This document shows positions 1-13,302 of a stretch of 64,000 nucleotides of DNA, in pieces. This stretch comes from the human T2T-CHM13v2.0 reference genome, Homo sapiens. Position 1 is the stretch's first letter. Every line of letters begins with the position of its first letter. The DNA lies in the NCBI RefSeq assembly GCF_009914755.1, contig NC_060927.1; one strand, 5' to 3'. A program made the position numbers and the translations under genes. The notes under the pieces were generated by a model. The model made no database searches, had not been told where the DNA came from, and saw only the letters and a program-made list of their open reading frames with translations.

Positions 1-1534
1 TACCTGAAAATCTAAAAGCAACTTTGGAACTGGGTAATGGCACAGGTTAGAACAGTTTGGAGGGCTCAGAAGAAGACAGGAAGATGAGGGAAAGTTTGGA
101 ACTTCCTAGAAACTTGTTGAATGGTTGTAACCAAAATGCTGATAGTGATATAAACAGTGAAGTCCAGACTGAGGAGGTCTCAGATAGAGATGAGAAACAT
201 ATTGGGAAATGGAGCAAAGGTCATTTTTGTTAATCTCTAGCAAAAAAGTTGGTCGCATTGTGCCCCTGCTCTACAGATCTGTGGAACTTTGAACCTGAGA
301 ATGATGATTTAGGGTATCTGGCAGAAGAAATTTTTAAGCAGCAAAGGATTCAAGGAACGGCCTGGCTGCTTCTGGCAGCCTAATGCCCATATTCATGAAC
401 AAAAAAATAACCTGAAACTGGAACTTATATTTAAAAAGGAAGCAGAGCATAAAAGTTAGGAAAATTTGCAGCTCGGCTGCATGGTAGAAAAGAAAAGCCC
501 ATTTTCAAAGGAGCAATTGAAGCTGGCTGTAGGCTGTTGAAATCTGCATAACTAAAAGGAAGGCAAGTCCTAAAGCCAAGACAATTGGAAAAAGGCCTTG
601 GAAGCATTTCAGAGACCTCTGTGGCAGCACCCTCCCCACCACAGCCCTGGAGGCCTAGAAGGAAAGAATAGTTTCATGGGCCAGGCCCAGGACCACACTG
701 CTCTGTGCAGCATTGGGACACTGGTCCTGGCATCGTGGCCACTCCAGCACCACCCATGGCTAAATGGTACAGCTTGGGCCATTGCTTTAGAGGGTGCAAA
801 CAAAAAGCCTTGGTAGCTTTCATGTGGCATTAAACCTGTGGGTGCACAGGGTACAAGAGGTGAGGTTTGGGAGCCTCCACCTAGATTTCAGAAGATAATG
901 GAATAGCCTGGGTGTCCAGGCAGAAGTCTGCTGCAGGAGCAAAGTCCTCATTGAGAACCTCTACAAGAGCCACGCAGAGGAGAAATGTGGGGTTGGAGCC
1001 CCCACACAGAGTCCCCACTGGGGCACTGCCTAGCAGAGTTGTGGGAAGGCCACTACCCTCCAGACCCCAGAATGGTAGATCCACCAACAGCTTGCACCAT
1101 GCACTTGGAAAAGCCACATATACTCAATGCCAGCCGTGAAAGCAGCCGCAGGTACTGAGCCCTGCAGAGACCCCGGGACAGAGCTGCCCAAGGCCTTGGG
1201 AACCCACCCCTTGCACCAGTATGTCCTGATTGTGAGATACGCAGTCAAAGGAGATTATTTTGGAGTTTTAAGATTTAATGACTGTCCTGCTGGTTTTCAG
1301 ACTGGCATGGGGACTGTACTTATATCCCCATTGTATCTTGGATGTAACTATCTTATTTTTAAGTTTACAGGCTCATAGGTGGAAGAGACTGGCCTTGTCT
1401 CAGATGAGGCTTTGAGCTATGAACTTTTGGGTTAATGTTGAAATGAGTTAAAACTTTGGGGAACTATTGAGAAGGGATGATTGTATATTGCTGTATGAGA
1501 AGGACATGTGATTTGGGAAGGTCCAGGAGCAGAA
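1..1534 (+). mobile_element. MaLR (MST/THE1-type) internal sequence, truncated by the window start
   Basis: Typical MST/THE1-int text (actttggaactgggtaatgg...gagggctcagaagaagacagg...). A purine-rich tract (gggaaggtccaggagcagaa) lies immediately before the LTR. Confidence 0.9.
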
Positions 1535-1917
1535 TGACATGGTTTGGATTTGTGTCTCTGCACAAATCTCATGTTGAATTGTAATTCCCAATGTTGGAGG
1601 TGGGGCTTGATGGTCAGTGATTGGATCATAGGGGTGGGTTTCACCCTTTGGTGCTGTTCTCATGATAGAGTTCTTATGAGATCTGGTTGTTTAAAAGTAT
1701 GTGGCACTTCCCCATCTCTCTTTTTTCTCCTCTCCTGGCCAGGTAAAGACATGCCTGCTTCCCCTTCACCTTCTGCCATGATTGCAAGTTTCCTAAAGCC
1801 TCCCCAGCCATGCTTCCTATACAGCCTATGGAACTGTGAGCCAATTAGACCTCTTTTCTTCATAAATTACCAGGTCTCAGACATTTTGTTATAGCAGTGT
1901 GAGAACAGACTAATACA
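1535..1917 (+). mobile_element. MSTA-like MaLR 3' LTR
   Basis: Starts TGacatggtttggatttgtgtc, ends gaacagactaataCA, and is contiguous with the internal sequence. Confidence 0.9.
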
Positions 1918-2599
1918 GAAGGAGAGGACAATACCTATCTCAAGAGACTCTGGGTCTAGTTCCCCTTTATAGGCTGAATATCCTCCTTAATACCATAACA
2001 TTCATTGTTTTTCTATGTTTTGAGAGGAATGGAAAAACAAATTATGACTTAAGTAGTCCCATTAAGATCTATGTGCACCTTTCTAAACAATGTGCATCCC
2101 ACAGCATTGTAGCAAATAGAACATGTAATATTTTCTAAATGAAAACTTGTGTTTCAATGTTGCTAGTATAGGAAAGAAAGAAAAATCTGACTACTCTCCC
2201 TATTTATGAGATGATGGGTTTACTGTTAGTGTCATCACCACAAATTGTACCTGCCTTCAGAGAGGCTATACCAAGGGTTGATGTATTCTCTCCCTTCGAA
2301 GCACATGTCTTGTTTTGAGAAAACTCTGTAACTACTTTATACAAAGGTTAGAGGTCTAAATCTGCTCCAATATCTAAGCGAGAAGTATATTGAAAAAAAG
2401 GCTGGAACTGAGGTGAATATGTGAATGTAAGGTAACATTACTCAAAGTCATGATGAATAAGGAATAGAATAACACCAGACTGGTCTCTAGCTCTCTTGAT
2501 AACCTAAAAGGTCTGCCTCATAGCTTATTATAAAAACAATACAAAACAAAACAAAAAATAAGTCTAACTCAGAGAGATGATCCATCCCTACATTGGCCA

Positions 2600-2880
2600 G
2601 CGTTTACACACATATACACTAAGCATCACCTCTCCTGGTTCGTCCTTCCTCTTCCTTTTAGAGATAGCAGTATCCACATGCTAATCCACCTGGTTACTTT
2701 CTTCAAAACTCAAGTCAAACATCACCATCACCATGAGGCATTTTCCAAAGTTAAAATGCTTTCTCATCAGGGTTCTTATTACAACCTGCATGCATCCTCC
2801 CGATAACCCCAGTTGCATTGTTTTTATCACAGTGCCTAGCACATGGTACTTAAGAGTTGTGTGGTAAATGAATAAGTCAA
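2600..2880 (+). mobile_element. L2 3' fragment (degenerate)
   Basis: cacagtgcctagcacatgg...taaatgaataa resembles the L2 3' terminus. Boundaries are approximate. Confidence 0.55.
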
Positions 2881-4573
2881 CCTTATCAAGTACCCTCTGA
2901 AGGCCATGTGATTGGACAGGGAGGACCTAATTCAAGAATCTCTTAGCATTATGACTTGCTAAATCAAATTATAGAATATTTCAAAACTTAAAATTTAAAC
3001 AAATACTATCAATTTCAGTAAAAATGGAAATCAACAGAACTAAATCTACCAAAGACTCTGTAGGAGCAGAATAGGAAATAAACTCTCCCTCCACAAGCAT
3101 GAAGAATACTATTTGTGGGATTATGACTATGATGATTTTTTTCCATTCATTTATATAACATGGTGTCTTAGCTGCATGCTGTCCAGTGGGCCTTGACACC
3201 AGCTTATCCATGTCTCCTTTCTGTTTATTGTGGTCTCCCCAACCCCATTCTGGTCAAATTATCTGTTGCAGGAATGCTTTCATGCTCTTTATAGCAGCAT
3301 TTGCATATTTTTTCATTTCCATAGAAACATCTCCACTGACTCAGAACTGCCTCTGTCCTCTTAAAACAGAGACATTTATCTTTCAAACAGTGGAATATGC
3401 ATGACATAAGACAGAAGGGAGTGCTTTCCCCGTAGTCCTCAACTTAGACTCTCCTCTTTAAAGGAATTTATAGTGGTCTGCCTTTAGGTTATTTATTTAT
3501 ATTTTGCTCCATGACTGCTTTTTCAGTAATGAGTTTAAATATAAGCAACATAAACCCATCTGGAAATAAAATTATGCTCAAGCTTCATGACAGAAGATAA
3601 TTACATTATAATCAAGCTGTCATTTTTGGAGGTAGTAGGAGATGAAGCATGTTGTAAACTGACATGAAAGTCTATACACTGTTCTTTTGAATATCCTCCA
3701 CTGTGGCTGGGAGTACAAAGATTCCTGGTGCATAATATCAGACTTCATAACTGGAAAATTTCTGGAAGTTACCAAACACTTATTTTCTGAGGGTAATGGC
3801 TACTAGTACCCAGAGGACCAGAATCAGAATTTCTGTGCTCTGAATTAGAACTCAGATTAGCTACAATAAAACCACTTGGATTGTGCTCAGTTTCAAAACA
3901 TGAGCCTCAATTTGTTCAAGTTTCTAACTTATCTTTATTCTTGGATTATTAATTTACTTCTTAGGTTGAAGTTATTTTTCACTACTCTGAGTTCAGTTTT
4001 CTCTTGCAACAATGAGATAGATTACTGGTTTTTCATGGATGAGAGGATTTTTTTCTCTTTCCTGAGCTTCAGATAGCTTCTATAAAAAAACAACAGTATA
4101 CTTCCAACTCTGTACTTGGCTATCCCATCAGGAGAGGATAAATGATATAACTGAGATATGAACAGAACAGAGATGGGCTTATCAGAAAAGGTGCTGCCAA
4201 TACTTGTCCCTTGTTATTGCCTCTGTCACAATGGAGAACACGTCACTTCAGAGGAAATCTATTGGTCAAGGAGTCCCAGGAGAGCAGCCTTCTGTTGTCT
4301 CCTTTCCTTGAGACTATCATTGCCCAAAGGGATCAGAGAATGCTTGTACTAGGGTACCATGACCCCGTAGTCCCAGGCTTCACCTCCTGGGACTCTGTAA
4401 GCCCCTGACTCACACTGACAGCACAGTCACTAACTATAAGTCACTTTGCATTCCCCAGCCTCTCTGAAGTCAAGGTACTAATATTTTCTAGTCCGCACTT
4501 ACCTTCCTTGCCTCTAGCTTTCACTCATATTTCTTGGTGAATTTCAAACAAGGCCAGCAGTATTTTTCTTTTC

Positions 4574-4729
4574 CAGTGGAAAGGTATGGTCCTCAGCCCA
4601 GCAGTATCATCTTCTGGGAGTTTGTTAGGCAGAATATAAACCCAGCCTCACATCTTCCCACAATCAGAATCTGTATTTTAAGAGGCTCATCAGGCAACGT
4701 ATATGCACACTGAAGTTTTAGATACACTG
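4574..4729. mobile_element. MER5A-like hAT-Charlie DNA transposon remnant
   Basis: cagtg...cactg termini with internal aatcagaatctgtatttta and tgcacactgaagtttta motifs. Confidence 0.7.
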
Positions 4730-5277
4730 TAATTAGTAGGTTCAAACTACTAGCTGGTGTGATTTAGCTTTGGCTTTGCTGCACCCACCCCCAATAGGCC
4801 AAGAATCAGGTATACATAGTATATGCCACTGTTTATTGGACTAGTCTCTGTATGTAGGACGTGCCCTGGATTTCTGCCACATCCAAAGCCCTACCCAGAA
4901 GCCCAGGCTCTGCTAGGGTCTATACTGCTTAGTTCCTATCACCATCACTGGTGATGTATTTGGTGGTGGAAGGCTAGACACTGTCTCTGATTTCTGGTTG
5001 TTTCTTCTCTCAATGGGCAGGTGATCAGAAACTATGACTGTCACGAAGCTGATGGCCACTAGCTCCTGCCATCTGTCCTTCTGTTCTGTGACCACTTCTC
5101 ACTGGACTGCCTTGTATATTGATGATGGCAGTTCAAACTAAGAATGACTTCATCTGTTCATGATATAGGACAGAAGTGCTAAGAAAGGCACTATTTCTGG
5201 TCATCATATGTTAATGGCCATGCCAGTATCTTCTAAATGTAATCATACTATCCCTGTTTTCTTCATTTTTTTCCTAG

Positions 5278-5367
5278 AGCCCAGTGCAGCTGAAATCCTA
5301 GAAGACCTCACAACTGTGTTAAATTTTCACAGCTGACCACTTAAAGGCAGTTCTCTTCAAATAAGAG
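5278..5367 (+). other. Candidate non-coding internal exon (90 nt)
   Basis: Acceptor ttttcttcatttttttcctag| and donor GAG|gtgaga. Stop codons occur in all three frames. Confidence 0.5.
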
Positions 5368-6189
5368 GTGAGAAGACCTGGAGTCTGGAGCAAACTGACA
5401 TATATTTATTTCCTCCTACTCTGGAAGGTTGGGCTCCCAGTCATCTTTTCTGCAAAATATTTGACTCAGTAGACCCTGGAAATGCAATATATGGGTATTC
5501 AACCTGTAGATCCTGAGAGGATTAATGGTTGAATAATGTGCAAAGCCTTAACTGAAAACAAAACAAGAATAAATAAGAATGACTATGAAGAGTATGATTT
5601 CCTTGTGGTTTCTTCATCATGAGACACAGACGAGGATTCTTTAGAAAATTAGGGTTGATTTCAAAAGGAAACTTCTCTTTCAAAAGGAAAATTATCTAAA
5701 AAACATCATAGGTTGAAAGTCAAGTGTGGGACACCTGATTCTTCTATGTTTGCTACATAGCAGAGATGGATCTGACTTGTACCTTGCAAAAGGGAATTAC
5801 CTAACATATTAATGTGTTCTAGAACCCTAGGATGGTTCCAAACATTGACCCTGGCCATGATGTTTCAGAGGGTTAGATTTGGCATGAAGGACAGAGCCAC
5901 ACAAGTTTGCTGTCATCCACTAAGCTATCAGAATTAACATGCTTTCTACATTAGCACCGGATGGCAAGCAACATTGTTGAGAAACATGCCTTTGATTACT
6001 ATTTGGTTTTCATAAATGTCTCTCCCTACTTTTGTCACCTATATTAGGATTTGGTTAATGATTAAAAAAAATTAACTAGAATAAGTAAAAAGAGAAAGAA
6101 GGAGGCTATGTTGGGCAAAACAAGCAGATGGGATTAAAAAACAAAGTCATTTAGACTGAAAGAACCTCAAAGAAAGACCCAATGATGAA

Positions 6190-6247
6190 ACACACACAAA
6201 CATGCACATACACATACACATACACATGCCCATGCACATATATACAT
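6190..6247. repeat. Degenerate (CA)/(TACACA)n simple repeat
   Basis: cacacacaaacatgcacatacacatacacatacacatgcccatgcacatatatacat. Confidence 0.8.
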
Positions 6248-6477
6248 CTACTTATAGGAACTAATTGTATATTAATTCCATGCCTCAGAACATGGAACAC
6301 ACCACTGAGTTATGGGCAAGGGTCCTGGAAGCAGCATCAGTGCCTCTGTTTAGATTTCTGCTCTCTTTGACATCTCTACATCTTGGAAACAGTATGTTAT
6401 AGAGTAATAATAATACCTAAGTTTATTGTGCACTTGTTATATTTCAGGCCTTGTATTGAACACTGTATGTGTATTAA

Positions 6478-6680
<203 letters not shown>

Positions 6681-6699
6681 GTAAGATCGTGGTTATGAA

Positions 6700-6860
6700 A
6701 AATGATTCAGATCTGAGTTCAGTTCCAGCTCCGTCACTGATTACCAGTGGGATTCCTCTGCATTTGTCAAATGCAGCATCCACATCATAGAATCACTGTA
6801 ATGATTAAATACTTTATATTCAATACTTAAAACATGGGAAATGATAAATGTTATTATATT
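6700..6860 (+). mobile_element. MIR (degenerate)
   Basis: gatctgagttcagttccagctccgtcact...atgattaaat...taaatgttattat. Confidence 0.5.
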
Positions 6861-6934
6861 AAATATTGTTATTAGAAAAGATATGCAATGCAGGAGATAC
6901 ACCAAGTTTATCTTTGAATTTTAATTTGTGCTGT

Positions 6935-7120
6935 TTTTGGGTAGACATAAATCCTAGCTCTACCTCTTACTGTGTGAACAAGTTATTTACCACCACCCCC
7001 CAGACTTCAGCACTCTCAGATTTAAAATGGTGACTACAATAATACCTACTCCATAAGGTTGTTGTAAGGATAAAATAACACATACAAATTACCTGGCACA
7101 GAGTGGGCACTTAAATATTA
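6935..7120 (+). mobile_element. MIR
   Basis: aaatcctagctctacctcttactgtgtgaacaagttattta...aataatacctactccataaggttgttgtaaggat...cctggcacagagt. Confidence 0.75.
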
Positions 7121-8424
7121 TTTAGAAATCAAAGCATGCAAAAATAGCTAATATTCTTCATGTGTCAGTTCCAGATACTCAGCTAATTAGATAAGACAAT
7201 TATGAGAAAAATTGAATAAATTTTATTTTTGGACCTTATTAAACTAAAAGTCCCTTTCTATCTTAAAAATTGCACTTGTGGAAGATGATCCCTTTGAATT
7301 ATAATTAAATAGACTCATCTAAATAATTAAACAATAGGGTATCTATGTATAGCAACTATTTGACAGTTTTTATCTATTTTAAAGACTTATGGGTGCATAC
7401 TATGCAAATGGATTTTCAGGGATTTTTATTAGCATAAATAGACTGCGCAATTTAAGTAACTTAAGCAGCACAGACAGTGTGAGTCACAGTATTTTCATTT
7501 TTCTTGAATACCTTGAGTTTTATGACAGCCTTGTTTCAGGAACCAGTAACAACGGGGCTTTTGAAGGATCCAGATCTTAAAACACGAATTGCACAGAGCC
7601 CTTGTTACCTCTCAGATGCTCAGAAACACGAGGAACACCCTCTCTCTGCCCACAGAGTTTAATGAAGATGAAGCAATGTTTTCCTATTTTGCATGATGAA
7701 CAAAACAGCAGGTTTGTCAGATGAACTGGAAACTGTACTTTCCTTGATACCAAGCCAGAGGTTTCTTGACTTAATCGACTAATATTTCATAGTCAGTACT
7801 TCTCACTGCAGAAATCATAGCTGTGGTCGGGATCAGAGAACAGAATCCAAGAGCAAATGAATCTTTTATTACAAATCAAAATAGCAAATTGACTGAGAAA
7901 CATAGTATCTTTGTACTCTTGAGTTCTATGTACCTTCTCACAGAAACAGTGAAACATGTGAGTTGTATGTTATGCATTTATTTAAAGGAAAAACTTCTCA
8001 AAACAAAACATGACATTCCTACCCTCAGGCTTTTTTTTTTTTTGTCTTTCATAGAATCAGATAAAGAGAAAGAACATAGAATCTTGGTATAAATCATTTT
8101 GTCTAGTTTGAAGCAGCAGCTATGAGAAATAACTATTTGAACACCCACACTCTCAGTCTCTCATTTGCTCTCTTCCACTTCTCTACACTGACCTAAAATC
8201 TCCATACCTATGCTATGGTCACACGTACAAGGGTCCAGGTCTTTATCATTTCTCATACTGTTAGCTCATCTTCACTCTGTTCCAACAAATGCAAGGGCAG
8301 CCACACCTTGAAATTTATCTTCAGGCCTCCATGCATCAACTTGTGTAACTTAGACTTCAAGCTTCTCTTTAATTGACTTTCTGTCTCTCCTTTCTCACTC
8401 CCATTGCTCTTTACCTTGACAGTT

Positions 8425-8600
8425 ATTGGAGAGTAGTGAAAAGGGCATGAACTGCATTATTAGACCCAAGTTTGAATGCTGGCCTCATACTTCTCTGATT
8501 GTTCGTAAGTTATCCAACCTCTCTACATCTCCATTTCTTCCACTTATAAAATAGTGATACTGTTGCATATCAGAATAAGTACACATTAAACATTAGCTTT
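8425..8600 (+). mobile_element. MIR
   Basis: agacccaagtttgaatgctggcc...aagttatccaacctctct...ttataaaatagtgata. Confidence 0.6.
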
Positions 8601-9335
8601 TCTCCGCTTTTCCTGTTCTTTCTTTCCTTCCCTTCTCTTCCCTTGTACCTTTCCCACAAAACCTCTGAATTTCTGGGCACTTCCATTTTGTCTTTAGTCA
8701 CTTCTAACTAAGTGTGTGTCTCAGTCTGGCCTGGACTCTGTGGTTCACATTTCAAATCTACACGCACTAGATCCTGAGGTTCTGTCCCCCTACTCTCTGC
8801 CATAATAATTTTGACAATTTTTGGCCATGGTTAATCCAAGCATCCATTTACTCTTGGTATTGAGTGTTGATGGCTCAAATCACACATCAATCCTTCATAC
8901 TGATTTTTAGTGGTGATTTCAGAGAATGTTCTATCATAACAGACTCTTTTATTGCAAGTGAGCCCTGACATACTTGGGTTGAAATAAACTAACATTCTCT
9001 TTTTGACTCATTTGTTGGTATGATGCAACTGACATTCAACTTGACTAGAAAAACATGTAGGAAATACAGGAAAAATGAGAGTTTTACAGCTGATCAAGTA
9101 GTTTACAGCAGAACTTTACTTAACGGAAAATTATGGCCCTACTGATGGCCCCCAAATTGCTCTCTCAGTAGAGCCCTAAAAATTGCCAATCTTTTCTTTT
9201 ATTGCCAGCTGACTCCTTATTTCACTCTTCAGCCCAGCATCTCTTCAAATCTCTTTCTACTCTTCATTAGCAGCCAACTCCACACCAGACTGCACTCCTT
9301 AATTTTAGCCATTCTGATAGGTTTGTAATAGTAAC

Positions 9336-9796
9336 TGTAATTATTTGCTAGGACTGTTATAACACAGTATTATAGACTAGGTGATTTAAACAATGGAAAT
9401 TTGTTTTTTCACAGTTACAGAGGCTGAAAGTTCAAGATTAAGGTGTTGGGAGGTTGTTTCTTCTGAGGCCCCATTCCTTGGCTAACAGATGGCTGCTTTC
9501 CCTCTGGCTCTTCACAAAGTTGCCCCCCTGTGCACATGTGCTCCTGCTGTCTCTATGTCCCAATCTCCTCTTATAGATAGTGGATTGGATGAAGGCCTAC
9601 CAGAATAGGTTTAAGTGGAATGGATTAAGGTCTACCAGAATGGCCTCATTAACCTTAATCACCTCTTTAAAGGCCGTATCTCCAAGCCTAATTATATTCT
9701 GAGATACGTGAGCTTTGTAAAGTATGTGACTGAGGTGTATGATGAGAGTTTTAACATATGAATTGGGGGAAGTGAGATGAAATTCAGCTGATAACA
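9336..9796 (-). mobile_element. MLT1A/B-like MaLR solo LTR
   Basis: TG...CA ends, with gaggctgaaagttcaagattaaggtgtt and ttttaacatatgaattggggga...ttcagctgataaca. Confidence 0.8.
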
Positions 9797-9809
9797 TTAT
9801 ATATTTTTG

Positions 9810-10255
9810 TTTTGTTTTATTTTCTGGAGGCAATTCCGCATGTATCTTTTGCATTTCTGAACAACTTTTGAGCAGAGGCACTGAGTGCACTTTTATTCTG
9901 GCCTATTTTTTTTTTTATAGCAAACAGTCTTGGAAGATAGAGAAGGCCTCCTGGTCAGTCATGCTTACTGTCCAGTATAAAGTATTTAAGTTTTCTAAGC
10001 TCAGAGTTCCTCAGTTTTGCTTCAAATAGACAAATTGCATAGGCAGTATCCACCATATCCCTTTCTCACCACCTTGTGGGACTTGCAGGAAAAGGGAAAC
10101 TGAACAAATGTTATATTTCTGCTACTTCCTGTGCCTTGATAAATACAATTCTTTGTATCTACTCAATCTTACATCTTCTGCCAAGATCCATGAAACAGTA
10201 ATAGGCTAGATTATTAGCATGCAAGTAAAGTCCCAGGCCCTTCACAGTCTATGAT
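9810..10255 (+). mobile_element. Old ERV solo LTR (subfamily not assigned)
   Basis: The 3' end tcttctgccaagatccatgaaac...ggctagattattagcatgcaagta...cccttcaca resembles old MER-type LTR U5 sequence. Confidence 0.5.
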
Positions 10256-10399
10256 TGCTTTAAATTTCATGTCCCTAAAGACTCATGATGTTAAGCAACT
10301 GCTCGTGTGCTTACTCGCAGTTCACATATCATTTTGATGCATGACTACTTGAATATTTTCTCCATTTTATTATTATCATTGAAATTTAAATGTTTTTTT

Positions 10400-11008
10400 G
10401 TATAGTGGTCCCCACTTATCTGTGGGTAATATGTTCCAAGAGCCCCATGGATACCTTAAACTATCATGCATAGTATTGAACCCAACTGCCATCATTTCTG
10501 TTCATGTCTTAACACCCCACAAATTTGATGCTTTTTCTATCTTAGCTAAATACTTATTGTGCACTGTGACCATAACTTTTACAGTTTGAGGCACAAGTTA
10601 AAAACTTTCACGTTTCTTTTTCCTTCTTCACAATTTCATGAATAGAACACTTGTTGTAGATATTAGCAACCTCAGAATACAATTATTTTCCTTATTAAGT
10701 TAAGAACTTCCACTTTTCACTTAAAGAAAGTACTTTCCTGCTTCTCTCTGAATATTTGAACCACCAGCATCACTACTCTTGCACTTTGGGACCATTATTA
10801 GGTAAAATAAGGATTACATGAACACAAGCACTGTGATACCATGGTGGTCAATCTGATAAGTGAAAAGGCTACTAAGTGATTAATGGGTGGGTGACAGAGA
10901 CAGAATGGACAAAAGGATGATTCATATCCTGGGCAGGTTGAAGTGGAACAATGTGAGATTTCATCATGCTACTCAAAAGGGCATGCAATTTAAAACTTAC
11001 ACATTTTG
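10400..11008. mobile_element. MER44 (Tigger, TcMar) DNA transposon, truncated
   Basis: TIR-like tagtggtccccacttatctgtggg...ttccaagagcccc and gagatttcatcatgctactca...gcaatttaaaactta. Confidence 0.8.
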
Positions 11009-11583
11009 GGGAACCTAATTAAACTTAAGAGCTTCTGCACCACAAAAATAAAACAAACAAACAAAAAAACTATCAACAGAGTAAACAGACAACCTATAGA
11101 ATGGGAGAAAATATTTGCAAACTATGCATCTAATAAAAGTCTAATATTTAGCATCTATAAGTGACTTAAAAATTTTTGCAAGAGAAAAACAAATAACTCT
11201 ATTAAAAAGTGGGTAAAGGAACATGAACAGACACTTTTCAAAAGAAGACATACATACAGCCAAGAAGCATATGAGAAGAAGATAAGTATCACTGATCATT
11301 AGGGAAATGCTAATCAAAACCACAGTGAGATACCATCTCACACCAGTCAGAATAGTTATTATTAAAAAGTCAAAAATAACAGATGTTGGTGAGGTCATGG
11401 AAAAAGGGAACACTTATACACTAATGGTAGGAGTGTAAATCAATTCAACCTTTGTGGAAAGCAGTGTTGCAATTTCTCAAAGAGCTAAAAACAATGCAAC
11501 CCAGCAATCTCATTACTGCGTATATACCCAGAGGAACAGAAATCATTCCACCCTAAAGACACATGTACATAGATGTTTATTGC
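11009..11583 (+). mobile_element. L1 (old L1PA/L1PB) ORF2 C-terminal fragment
   Basis: acctaattaaacttaagagcttctgcac...agacaacctatagaatgggagaaaatatttgcaaactatgcatc. The fragment is 3'-truncated. Confidence 0.85.
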
Positions 11584-11826
11584 CTCCTGAAATATGCAGA
11601 CATCAATGTAAAGATGTAATAGTTGTGAAAAATCAGGGAAATATTACACCACCAAAAGACTCTAACAAACCTCCAATGATGGAACCAGAAGAACTAAATA
11701 TCTATAAATGTCAGGCGCAGAATTCAGAATAATCTTCTTAAAAAGGTGAGGGAATCATAAGAAAATGAAAAGAAAAAAATAAATAAAATTTGAGAAACAA
11801 TCTATGAGCAAAATGAGAAATTTGAC

Positions 11827-11857
<31 letters not shown>

Positions 11858-11908
11858 TTAGAAATAAAGAATACAATAACTGAGGTGAAAAACTTGTTAG
11901 AAAGCTTC

Positions 11909-12285
<377 letters not shown>

Positions 12286-12848
12286 TTACAAGACTTATAA
12301 GACACCATCAAGTGAAGTAACCTACACATAATAGAAATCCCTGAAGGTAAGAGACAAAAAGAAGACCCAGAAAGCATATTTCAGGAAATAATGGCTGAAA
12401 AATTTTCAAACTTGGAGAAATATGACACCATCCAGGCACAGAAAGCTCAGAGGTCACCAATCAAATTCACCCAAAAATAAAATTCTTGAGGCACATCATA
12501 TTAAAATTAGCAAAAGTAAAATACAAAGAAATAACACTACTGGCATCAAAAGAAAAGAAACATATGACATTCAATGAGGCCCTAGTCTGGCTTTCAGTGG
12601 ATTTCTCAACAGAAGCCCTGCAGTCCAGGAGAGAGTGGGTTTCTATATTTAAAGTGCTGAAGGAAAAATACTGCCAACTAAGAATACTTTACCCAAAAAG
12701 CATGAAGGAGAGATGAATACTTTCCTGGACAAACAAAAGCTGAGGGAACTCAACAACACCAGATCTGTCTTATGAGAAATGCTAAAAGGAGTTCTTCAGT
12801 ATGAAAGAAGGGATGGTAATCTGTAACATGAAAACATCTGAAGGTATG

Positions 12849-13302
12849 GGCTGGGTATGGTGGCTCATGCCTGTAATCCCAGCACTTTGGGAGGCCAAGG
12901 GGGGTGGATCACGAGGTCAGGAGATTGAGAGAATCCTGGCTAACACGGTGAAACCCCATCTCTGCTAAAATACAAAAAAAAATTAGCCAAGCGTGGTGCC
13001 ATGTGCCTGTAGTCGCAGCTACTCAGGAGGCTGAGGCAGGAGAATCACTTGATCCCAGGAGGTGGAGGTTGCAGTGAGCTGAGATCCGCCACTGCACTCC
13101 AGCTTGGTGACAGAGTGAGACTCTGTTTCAAAAAGAAAAAAATAGTGATCAAGGCATGAGTAGTAATCATTTCCTTATAAGTATGAAGGAAAATGTACAT
13201 ATTCTATTTAAAGTCACTACTGCTATTCAAAGTTGTATAGTTTTTTGGAGGCCTGGGTGACAGAGTGAGACTCCATCTCAAAAAGAAAAAAAGAAAACAT
13301 CT
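12849..13302 (+). mobile_element. Composite Alu: full AluS(c)-like copy, 108 bp filler and a second Alu 3' end, inside one 16-bp TSD
   Basis: TSD aaacatctgaaggtat at 12832-12847 and 13303-13318. Confidence 0.9.

Noticed and set aside
598-1894. Cluster of overlapping 70-116 aa ORFs
   Set aside because: All lie within MaLR internal or LTR sequence, with no domain similarity.
7540-7711. Possible plus-strand exon (ttgtttcag|...CAG|gtttgt)
   Set aside because: The short pyrimidine tract and weak donor cannot be distinguished from chance.
13143-13250. Filler segment as a small RNA (snoRNA/snRNA) retrocopy
   Set aside because: I recognised no convincing C/D or H/ACA box arrangement or known small-RNA sequence. 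A database search is needed.
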